Shown: positions 8,677-17,100 of the stretch, piece after piece
Position numbering within the stretch: the first letter of the stretch is position 1
How the letters are laid out: every line of letters begins with the position of its first letter
Notes under the pieces: generated by a model
The model's database searches: none
What the model saw: only the letters and a program-made list of their open reading frames with translations
Told to the model about the DNA's origin: nothing
Program-made: the position numbers and the translations under genes
NCBI GenBank assembly: GCA_040902005.1
Contig: JBBDYA010000088.1
Location: 50,702 to 80,077 of the forward strand
DNA: 29,376 nt
Source of the DNA: Gemmatimonadaceae bacterium
GTDB lineage: Bacteria; Gemmatimonadota; Gemmatimonadetes; Gemmatimonadales; Gemmatimonadaceae
Reading direction: 5' to 3'

Positions 8677-10296
8677 TCACGGCTTCAACGCTTCCCGCAG
8701 TACTCGGCCGTCCACTCTTTCCAAGGGGGCGAGGCGGAGCCGGGCTGCGAGCGTCGGCGCCAGATCGACCACCTCGACTTGTTGCGTGAACTTCTGACTC
8801 ACGAATCCCGGTCCGTAAAAGACCAGCGGCACTGCCGAGTCGTCATGGTAGGGCGTTCCGTGCTGCGCCTCGAGCGTGGCCCGCGAATCTGCGACTCGCC
8901 GGCCGACGTACACGTTCCTGTGCAAGGTGACCCCGATGGCAGGGGGTGTGCCGGGAGGCAACGCGCGAAGCCACTTGCGGGCCAGAAGGTCCTGTGTGGT
9001 GTCCGCGCTGGCAAGTTCCCTGATGACGTCGGCACGCAGGACGCCGGGTATCAGCCGAATTCTCGCGGCCGCCGACCGCACCACCGAGTCCACGTCGAGG
9101 CCTGCCCCCGCGATCGCGGCGGCGGCGAACGTCACGAGGCCGCGAGCCGCCTTCACGCTTGACGTGTCTCCGCTTCGGGGCAGCGCGCGCCCGAGGTCCG
9201 CGATGAGATCATTCAGGCTGACGCGGAGCGGCAGAGAGTCAGGGTGATCGACAAGCTCCGGGTAGGAACTGATTCCATGATCCGAGGTGAGGGCGAACAC
9301 GACACTCGCGGAGTCGCGCAACCTGTAGAGAGAGTCGATCAGCGTGCCCACATAGCGATCGACCCGCGCGAGCTGGTCATGCAGTTCACGCGAATCCGGC
9401 CCATACCGGTGCCCGATCGCGTCTGTGGTGGACAGGCTTACCGACAGCAAGTCAGTCTGGGGCCCGGTTCCAAGCCGCATGGCGTGAACACCGGCCAGCG
9501 CCAGCTGGACGGTGATCGAATCCATGAAAGGGACGTATCGCAATTCCCGCAGAGCGAGTGCCGTATCCCTGGGCAGGGTGTGGGGGAAGGCAACGTGACG
9601 GCCGTCGAACTCGACGGACACGCTGTCAGGTTCTGGATACCTCGACGCCGGCAGCAGGAGGTCCCATGTCGCGCCGATCAGTCGGATCGGAATCCGACGC
9701 TCGTTGAAGGCTCGTACCCATTGCGGCAGCGTGTCAGCGTACCAGGTACTCGTGGTGAACTGGCCATTCAGTGCGTACCAGAACACTTCCTCCGGCGCCC
9801 GTCCAATCGGTAGAATCGCACCGCGGTCCTTTCGTGAAAGCGACAGTGCACGCGAGCGCGGGTCGCGCACCCGTAGCCAATCAAAGAGCGTAGTGCCGCG
9901 AAAACGGAACGGCGACGCCCCGTCTCCGCCGCCACCGAGCATCGACGCGCGGGGATCGGGAACTCCGAGGCTGTTATTGACGATTCCGGTGCTCCTCGGG
10001 TAGCGGCCGGAGAGTATGGACGCATGTCCAGGTGCAGTCTCGGTGATCGCCTGGTCGTGGATGGCCGTGAACACGGCGCCGCCCCGCGTCAGGCGACCCA
10101 AGCCGTGCCTGAAGTCAGCAGCGAAACGATCGAGATAGTCGGCTCGCATCTGGTCGACCACGATGAGGACGACCAGGGTGGGATGACCGGAGGCAGGCAC
10201 GTCAGCCCGCTGCGCGACCGCCAGCGAGGGCAGGCCAGACAGGAACAGAGAACCCGCGAAGCAATGCCGGCCGACCAGCGCTGAAATGCGTGACAT
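8677..10296 (-). CDS. Alkaline phosphatase superfamily enzyme, PafA/PhoK-type (paralog 1)
   Basis: VVDQMRADYL, nucleophile TETAPGH, GIVNN, SRKDRGAIL, STTDAIGH, TSDHG, QHGTP; signal-peptide-like N-terminus; ATG 10296 lies 7 nt after the upstream stop. Confidence 0.88.
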   Translation of the reverse strand: MSRISALVGRHCFAGSLFLSGLPSLAVAQRADVPASGHPTLVVLIVVDQMRADYLDRFAADFRHGLGRLTRGGAVFTAIHDQAITETAPGHASILSGRYPRSTGIVNNSLGVPDPRASMLGGGGDGASPFRFRGTTLFDWLRVRDPRSRALSLSRKDRGAILPIGRAPEEVFWYALNGQFTTSTWYADTLPQWVRAFNERRIPIRLIGATWDLLLPASRYPEPDSVSVEFDGRHVAFPHTLPRDTALALRELRYVPFMDSITVQLALAGVHAMRLGTGPQTDLLSVSLSTTDAIGHRYGPDSRELHDQLARVDRYVGTLIDSLYRLRDSASVVFALTSDHGISSYPELVDHPDSLPLRVSLNDLIADLGRALPRSGDTSSVKAARGLVTFAAAAIAGAGLDVDSVVRSAAARIRLIPGVLRADVIRELASADTTQDLLARKWLRALPPGTPPAIGVTLHRNVYVGRRVADSRATLEAQHGTPYHDDSAVPLVFYGPGFVSQKFTQQVEVVDLAPTLAARLRLAPLERVDGRVLREALKP

Positions 10297-10303
10297 GTGC
10301 TCG

Positions 10304-11929
10304 CTATCGAAGAGAGAGGGGGCGGCCATCCAGTGGTTCGGCGGGCGTTATGCCGAGGATCGCCGCGAGCGTCGGAGCGATGTCCACGACGCGGACCATC
10401 TCTCGTCGCACCCCGGGCCGGATGTCCATTCCATAGAAAATGAGGGGAACGCGCGCGTCATCGGCGTGCGGCATCCCATGGTAGGCATTGATCGTCGACG
10501 CCCAGTACGCGCCCGGCTTGAGCGTAATCACAAGGTCGGCGGGCAAGTCGGGGGGCAACGCATGCAGCCAGCGCCGCGCGATGTCATCCTTTGCGGTGTC
10601 TCGGCGTGCGAGCGTATTCACCTGGTCGACGCGGAGGACGTTGGGCACCCGGCGCAGTCTGGCCGCGAGCGACCGTACGACGCTGTCGGGATTCAGCCGC
10701 GCCCGCCGAAGCGGCTCGCGATCGATCCACACGATGCCGTCTGCCAGGCTCCCGCCGAAGCCGGCGCCGCGTCGCCGCAGTTGTACATCGAACTCGTCGA
10801 GTGCGGGCCCGAGGTCGACGCGCATCGGGCGGCCACCGTGGCGCTCGGCAACGAGCTCAGGATACGACGTCACGCCGTGGTCGGAGGTGAGGACGACGAT
10901 CACGCGCGACGAGTCTCGCAAGCGGAAGAGTGAGTCGAGAAACCCCCCGATGTGCCGATCCAGCCGCAGGATCTGGTCGTGCATCTCTCGCGAGTCGGGG
11001 CCGAATTGATGTCCCACGGCATCCGTTGTGGAGAAGGACATTGCAAGCAGATCAGTCGCTTCACCGGCCCCGAGTCCCATGGCGGTGACCCCCCGAAGCG
11101 CGAACGCTGCCAAGAGCGAGTCCATCGCCGGGTACGCAATGAACGCTGCGGCCGTGGAGGCCGAATCCAGGGGGAAGGGATGCGGGAACGTCGTATTGCG
11201 CCCCAGGCTCTCGAAGCGGACATCGTCGGGTTCCGCATACTCTCGCTCCGGCAGGAGCGGCGTCCATTCACGTCCGGCATACTGGTGGGGAATCCTACTG
11301 GTGTTGAATGCATCCACCCATGTTGGCAACGTATCGCTGTAGTAACGGCTTGTCGTGAACTCGCCGGTCCCGCGGTACCACAACACGGTTTGCCGCGCGC
11401 GACCAAGCATCAGCATCGCGGCGTCGTCCTTCCGCGAAACGGAAAGCGCGCGCGAACGGGGATCCGTCGCATGCATCCAGTCAAAGAGCGTGGTGCCGCG
11501 GAACTTCGAAGGAGAAACGCCGGGACCCGAGCCAGCTACCAGTGGGTATGCCGAGTCCTCGAGGATCTGTGTGTGTGCCACGACGCCCGTGCTGCGAGGG
11601 AATCGGCCAGACAGCATCGCGGCATGGCCAGGCTCTGTCTTGGTGATCGCCTGATCCTGCCAGGCGTTCGTGAAGACGATGCCGCCTCGCTGCAGCCGTG
11701 CCAGTCCACCGGAGAGATGGAAACCGAACCGGTCGAGATAGTCGAAGCGCATCTGATCGACGGCGAGCAGCACGACCAGCGTGGGCGAGCTCAGTGATCC
11801 TGCTGCGCCCTGCGCGTGGAATGCGGGAGAGGCGCCGGATGTCGGTTGTCCCCCGGATGCGGGCGGGGCGCACGAAACCGCGGTAAGTGCTGCAATTGCG
11901 ACCTGCAGCAGACGGACTGACGACAACAT
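10304..11929 (-). CDS. Alkaline phosphatase superfamily lipoprotein, PafA-type with divergent active site (paralog 2)
   Basis: AVDQMRFDYL, TKTEPGH, SRKDDAA, STTDAVGH, TSDHG, YHGMP; lipobox-like TAVSC after ATG 11929 (GAGG upstream). Confidence 0.85.
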   Translation of the reverse strand: MLSSVRLLQVAIAALTAVSCAPPASGGQPTSGASPAFHAQGAAGSLSSPTLVVLLAVDQMRFDYLDRFGFHLSGGLARLQRGGIVFTNAWQDQAITKTEPGHAAMLSGRFPRSTGVVAHTQILEDSAYPLVAGSGPGVSPSKFRGTTLFDWMHATDPRSRALSVSRKDDAAMLMLGRARQTVLWYRGTGEFTTSRYYSDTLPTWVDAFNTSRIPHQYAGREWTPLLPEREYAEPDDVRFESLGRNTTFPHPFPLDSASTAAAFIAYPAMDSLLAAFALRGVTAMGLGAGEATDLLAMSFSTTDAVGHQFGPDSREMHDQILRLDRHIGGFLDSLFRLRDSSRVIVVLTSDHGVTSYPELVAERHGGRPMRVDLGPALDEFDVQLRRRGAGFGGSLADGIVWIDREPLRRARLNPDSVVRSLAARLRRVPNVLRVDQVNTLARRDTAKDDIARRWLHALPPDLPADLVITLKPGAYWASTINAYHGMPHADDARVPLIFYGMDIRPGVRREMVRVVDIAPTLAAILGITPAEPLDGRPLSLR

Positions 11930-11958
11930 GATTGTCAAACCTCGAAGCAGCGGAATGT

Positions 11959-11982
11959 CGGACGCCATCGTCAAGGCGTCCG
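11959..11982. promoter_or_regulatory. Inverted repeat CGGACGCC-N8-GGCGTCCG in the divergent promoter region (possible operator or hairpin)
   Basis: Perfect 8-bp arms read directly; lies between the divergent phosphatase and DUF4956 genes; TGGCGA-N17-TATTCT follows at 11987-12015. Confidence 0.4.
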
Positions 11983-12040
11983 GTCGTGGCGAAGGGGTGG
12001 CACTCTTCGTATTCTAACCATTACTCCTACCCGGCTCCCC

Positions 12041-13081
12041 GTGCCCAGTTCGAACGGAATACTGTCCCGCGTCATGAACAACGTGATTCTCCGAACGGCC
12101 CTCTATTACGTGGCCCTGTTCGGGATGGCCGCTTGGCTGTGGCAGTTCCCGTGGGCCAAGAAGGTGATGGAGGGCTCGCTCAACGCGTTGCTGGCGGATG
12201 GCGGGTTCGCCGGCCTTGGCCGGGCCTCGTCGCTCCAGGGCGTGGGGACGGCGACGGTGGACGGGACCACGCTCGCGGTGACGGTCGCCGCCGCGATGAT
12301 CGGTGCCGTTGCGCTCGCCCTGCCGGTGGCGTGGATCTATGGCCTCACGCGGGCGAAGCGGGGCTACCAGCAGTCCGTGGTGCAGACGCTGATGGTCCTT
12401 CCGCCGCTGGTGGCGGGCGTGGTCGTGCTGGTGAAGTACTCGCTCGCGCTGGCGTTCGCCCTGGCCGGCATCGTGGCCGCCGTGCGCTTCCGGAACACGC
12501 TCGAGGACAGCAAGGATGCCGTCTACATCTTCCTGTCGACGGCGATCGGGCTCGCGGCGGCGGTGCAGCTGCCGGTGGCCGCGGTCATCTCGGTGGTGTT
12601 CAACCTGATCATCCTCGCGCTCTGGTACACCGACTTTGGCAAGTCCATCGCGTACGAAGGGGCGCGCGCCAAGAGAAATCTCGAGGCGCAGCGGGTCAAG
12701 CTCCGGCAGACCGGCAGTTTCGTGGCAGTGCTCGACAAGGAGATCTTCGAGAATATGACTCCCGAGCAGCTCGAGGCGGCGGCCGACCGCGCCTGGCGTC
12801 GCCGGCGGCGCATGGATACCGACACGCCGGAAGACGATGAGATGCAGCGGCGGGACGTGCTCCTGCGCCTGCGCACGCAGGATCCGGATGGCTTGCGCGT
12901 TGCCGTGGAGGCGATGTTCGACGAATTTCTGAAGAAGTGGCGCTTTGGCGGCGTGGTGCACGAGCAAGACGGTACCCATGTCGTGGAGTACGCGGTGCAG
13001 CTCAAGAAGACGGCGCGCTCCGCGGAGTTGCTGGATGCCTTGAATGCCAAGTCGCAGATCATCGGAGCGGAGATCAAATGA
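12041..13081 (+). CDS. DUF4956 family membrane protein with N- and C-terminal extensions
   Basis: Core signature VKYSLALAFALAGIVAAVRFRNTLEDSKDAVYIFLSTAIGLAAAV; about 6 TM segments then a soluble C-terminal domain. Start is GTG 12041 or ATG 12074. Confidence 0.85.
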   Translation: MPSSNGILSRVMNNVILRTALYYVALFGMAAWLWQFPWAKKVMEGSLNALLADGGFAGLGRASSLQGVGTATVDGTTLAVTVAAAMIGAVALALPVAWIYGLTRAKRGYQQSVVQTLMVLPPLVAGVVVLVKYSLALAFALAGIVAAVRFRNTLEDSKDAVYIFLSTAIGLAAAVQLPVAAVISVVFNLIILALWYTDFGKSIAYEGARAKRNLEAQRVKLRQTGSFVAVLDKEIFENMTPEQLEAAADRAWRRRRRMDTDTPEDDEMQRRDVLLRLRTQDPDGLRVAVEAMFDEFLKKWRFGGVVHEQDGTHVVEYAVQLKKTARSAELLDALNAKSQIIGAEIK

Positions 13082-14160
13082 ACACAGTTCTCGGCCGCGC
13101 TGCGCGCGGATTGGTGCTCGGCTGCCTCGGTGCGGGCATGCTCTGTACCCCCCTGCTGGCACAGGAGCCGCAGGGCGACACGACGTCCGCAAAACCCTAC
13201 GTGCCGGTGCCACTGTTCCAGAGCACCGTGCCCCTGGAGCTCACGCTGCACGCGCCGTTCCGGCAACTGGGCAAGGATCGGTCGCCGGACACCGACTGGC
13301 GTGCGGCACGCGTGTCGTACACGGGCGACGCCGGGGTGGCATCGGTGCCGGTCCGCGTGCGTACGCGCGGCGTGTGGCGCAAGAACAACTGCGAGATACC
13401 GCCCCTGCTGTTCAACTTCGTGAAGGACTCGGTGAAGGGAACGCCGTTCGCCCGGATCGACCGGCTGCGGCTCTCGATGCATTGCCGGAACCAGGACACG
13501 TACGAGCAGTACGTCCTTCAGGAATTCCAGGCCTACCGGGTGCAACGGCTGTTGACTCCCCTGAGCTATGATGTGCGGCTGACGCGCATGACGTACGTGG
13601 ACTCGGAGCGCGGGGACACCGTTGCGCGCCGCTGGGGTTTTCTCCAGGAGCAGGACGACCCGTTCGCCGAGCGCGTGGGGCTCATGCTCGTGGAGCAGCG
13701 CGGTGCGGGCCCCAGTGACCTCGATCCGTACGAAAGCGCCTTCTTTGGCGTGTTCCAGTATTTCGTGGGCAACTCGGACTTCTCCATCCGCGAGCTGCAC
13801 AACGTGGTGCTGCTCTACCGCGAACCGTACCACGTTCCAACGGCGCGCGACTTCGACTGGTCGGGGCTGGTGAATGCCCGGTATGCCAAACCTAATCCCG
13901 TACTGAAGATCCGGGGCGTCACGCAGCGCATCATGCGAGGGTACTGTGCGCCGGCCGAGGAATACGAGAAGGTGTTCGCGCTGTTCCGCGAGCGGAAGGA
14001 CGCGATCTATGCACTGTATCGGGACGACGTCGGCGCGCTGATGGCGCCGGACGTGGTGAAGAAGACGCTGGAGTACCTCGACGCCTTCTACGCGATCATC
14101 AACGACCCGGAGAAAGCGCGGCAAGAGATCGTCGGCGCGTGCCTGGGCGGTGCCGCCTGA
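13078..14160 (+). CDS. Secreted CotH-like atypical protein kinase-fold protein
   Basis: ATGA overlap with DUF4956; signal peptide ending PLLA-Q; motif order VRTRGVWR..PPLLFNF, LQEFQAYRV, FQYFVGNSDFS, HNVVLL, RDFDWSG parallels CotH (RG, E..AY, GN.D, HN, D.D). Confidence 0.65.
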   Translation: MNTVLGRAARGLVLGCLGAGMLCTPLLAQEPQGDTTSAKPYVPVPLFQSTVPLELTLHAPFRQLGKDRSPDTDWRAARVSYTGDAGVASVPVRVRTRGVWRKNNCEIPPLLFNFVKDSVKGTPFARIDRLRLSMHCRNQDTYEQYVLQEFQAYRVQRLLTPLSYDVRLTRMTYVDSERGDTVARRWGFLQEQDDPFAERVGLMLVEQRGAGPSDLDPYESAFFGVFQYFVGNSDFSIRELHNVVLLYREPYHVPTARDFDWSGLVNARYAKPNPVLKIRGVTQRIMRGYCAPAEEYEKVFALFRERKDAIYALYRDDVGALMAPDVVKKTLEYLDAFYAIINDPEKARQEIVGACLGGAA

Positions 14161-14169
14161 GGCACGCGG

Positions 14170-17100
14170 TCAGGCGGGCGTCATGACGGCGCCCGCCAGC
14201 TGCTCCTGCGCGCTGGCGCCGGCGCCGTGCCGTCGCACGTACTCGCCCGCCGACGTGAGTTCCCACGCGGTGGGATCGTTCAGGTAGGCGTCGAGCAACG
14301 CGTCGAGCTGGGCGCGACAGGCGCGGTCACGGACCGGCGTGAGGAGCTCCACGCGGCGGCGCAGGTTACGCGGCCGCAGGTCCGCGGAGCCGATGTAGTA
14401 CTCCGGCGAGCCGGCGTTCGCGAAGTGGAACACGCGCGCATGCTCCAGGAAGCGGCCCAGCACGCTGACGACCGTGATGTTCTCGGAGACGCCGGAGATG
14501 CCGGGGCGCATGGTGCACACGCTTCGCACCACCAGCTCCACGCGCACGCCGTCCTGCGACGCCCGGAACAGGGCGCTCACGACGTCGGGTTCGGAGAGGC
14601 CGTTGACCTTCATCCGCACATGCCCGCCGCGGCCTGCCCGCGCGTGCGCCGCCTCCCGCTCGATCTTCGCCAGCAGCTCCGGCAGCAGTTGTTGTGGAGA
14701 GATCAGGCAGCCGCGCGTGAGCTGGTGCGGTGCACGAGAACTGCCCGTGAGTTCGTTGAAGAGGTCCTGCACATCCGCCGACAGTTCCTCATCCGCCGAC
14801 AGGAGTGACAGGTCCGTGTAGCGTCCTGCCGTTTCGACGTTGTAGTTGCCGGTGCCCGCGTGGATGTAGCGACGCAAGCGCGTGCCCTCGCGACGCACCA
14901 CGAGCGCGACCTTCGCGTGGTTCTTGACTCCCACGAGGCCGTGCACCACGCGCCCGCCCGCCTGCTCGAGCCGCCGGGCCCAATCGACGTTGCGCTCCTC
15001 GTCGAAGCGCGCCTTCAGCTCCATGAACACCACGACGTCCTTGCCGCGCGCGGCCGCATCCACGAGCGCCGCGATGATCGGCGACCGGGCCCCCGCGCGA
15101 TAGATGGTCATCTTGATGGTCGTCACGTCCGGGTCGTCGGCGGCCTCGCGGAAGAAACGCACCACGGTCGCGTCGTACGCATCGAAGGGGTGGTGCAACA
15201 GCCGATCGCGCTCGGCGATCGCCGACCAGATGTCACGATCGGGCGGCAACGGATCGCCCCCGTGAAACGGGGCGAACGCCAGGGCCGGGTCCGAGAGCAG
15301 CGGGAGTTCGGCCAGGGCGCCGAGATCCAGTGGGCCGTCCACCTCGTAGAGATCCTCGGTGTCCAGCGCGCTGCCGCCATGCTCCCGCCGCAGCTCGCGC
15401 ACCACGACGTCGCGCAGAACGGCCGGCATGGCGCGCTCCACCTCCACGCGCACGACCGGCTGCTCGAAGCGCTTCTTGGACGCCTCCTCGACCGCGTGCA
15501 GCAGGCTGGGCGAGCGATCCTCGTCGATCTCGAGCTCCGCGCCGCGCGTCACGCGGAAAGAGTACGCCTGTTCCACCACCGACGACGGATACAGCAGGTC
15601 CAGGTTCGCGCGGACCAGCTCCTCCAGCGAGATCACGGCGTTCATGCCGGGCACGGGGGTGAACCGGGGCGCGTCGTCCGGCAGCTCCACCTGCGCGAAA
15701 TGCGGCGCGGCGCCGGGGCGATCGAGCAGGACCACGGCCAGCGAGAGCGACAGGTGCCTGAGCCGGGGAAAGGGATGCCCCGGGCTGAGCGTCATCGCGA
15801 GCGGCGTCAGTGCGGGCAGCAGCTCGTCGCGCATCAGGGCGCGCAGCTGGTCGCGGCGGCTGACATCCAGCTCGTGCCACGCCACCAGGCGCAGGCCATG
15901 CGCCGCTGCCTCGGCGGCGCACGCGGCGTAGCAGCGGTGCTGGCGTGCCACCAGCGATCGCACGTGCAGCGAGATCAGGTCCAGCTGCTGGCGCGGGGTG
16001 AGTCCGTCGGGCGTGCGCTCTTCCGACTGTTCCAGCGCGGAGCGCTTGAGCCCCGCGACGCGCACCATGAAGAACTCGTCCAGGTTCGCACTGACGATGG
16101 CGAGGAAGCGGAATCGTTCGCCCAGCGGCGTCCTGATGTCCTCGGCGAGGGCGAGCACGCGCGTAGTGAACTCGAGGATGCTCATCTCCGCGTTGAGAAA
16201 GCGCGGATCACCCAGCACGGCCTCGCCTTCGGCCGACCCGGTCATCGCGCGACCGAACCCGGTGATCTCGATGGAGCGGCGCATCTCGGCGCGCGGCTCG
16301 CGCGTCTCGGCGATCAGTCCCGACCGTGACGCGACCGCAAGTGCGGCGAGCGCATCGGGGTGCAGTGTGGCCGCGGACTGGAGGATCTCCTCCAGGCCGA
16401 GCCACACCACCTCGCCTTCGTCGGGTGTGATCGCGGCGTCGGGGCGCACGTCTGCCGTCCAGACCTCCACGGCCGGCATCGGCCCCAGCGAGCTGACGCG
16501 GCCCAGGAGGCGGGTGTCGCTGCCTGCGTCCCGCGCGCAGCGATCGAGGAGCGTGCGCGCGGCTCCCACGCCTACCCCCCGCTCCAGCGGGAGGAAGAGC
16601 ACGTCGCCCCGCTTGAACAGCGCCACGCGCGAGGCGCGCGTGAGCACGAGTGCCACGCCGGAGTCCGACAGTTTCGCGCGCCCCCGCTCCTCACGCTCCA
16701 TCCACTTCAGCAGCAGTTGCGCCCGCTCGCGCGTGCCGGCCACGATCGGACGCAGGCCGGCGCCGCTCTGCAGCTCCGCGCATGTGCGCTCGAACGCCCG
16801 GCCGTCGCGGCGGTCCGACCGGACGGTGAGCTGGTGAAAGGCGCGCGTGGACATTCCGCTGCGCACCTGCACGCGGTCGTACATGAGCCGCAGCCGTGGA
16901 CGGCCGAGCCAGTCGGCGTCGGTCGTGCGCAGCGTGCGCTCCACGTGCAATTCGATGCGCGTCTGGAGCAGGCGCGCATCGACGACGGCGGCCAACCGCC
17001 GCGCCGGTTCGGTGTCGCCGGCCAGCACCACGCGCGGATCGATGGAATCCACCTTTGCCTCGTGGCGACGCGGCGGGGCGGCGTCGTTCGAGGTGCCGAC

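Noticed and set aside
11998..12012. Sigma-54 promoter upstream of DUF4956 (TGGCAC)
   Set aside because: No GC at the required position (GG-N10-AT).
11930..12040. PhoB-type Pho box
   Set aside because: Only isolated TGTCA/GTCA half-sites, not in 11-bp tandem register.
12523..14124. 533-aa minus-strand ORF (and 12014..13213)
   Set aside because: Shadow of the DUF4956 and CotH-like genes.
14860..16329. 489-aa plus-strand ORF (and 16360..17319)
   Set aside because: Shadow of ppk1; no recognisable domain.
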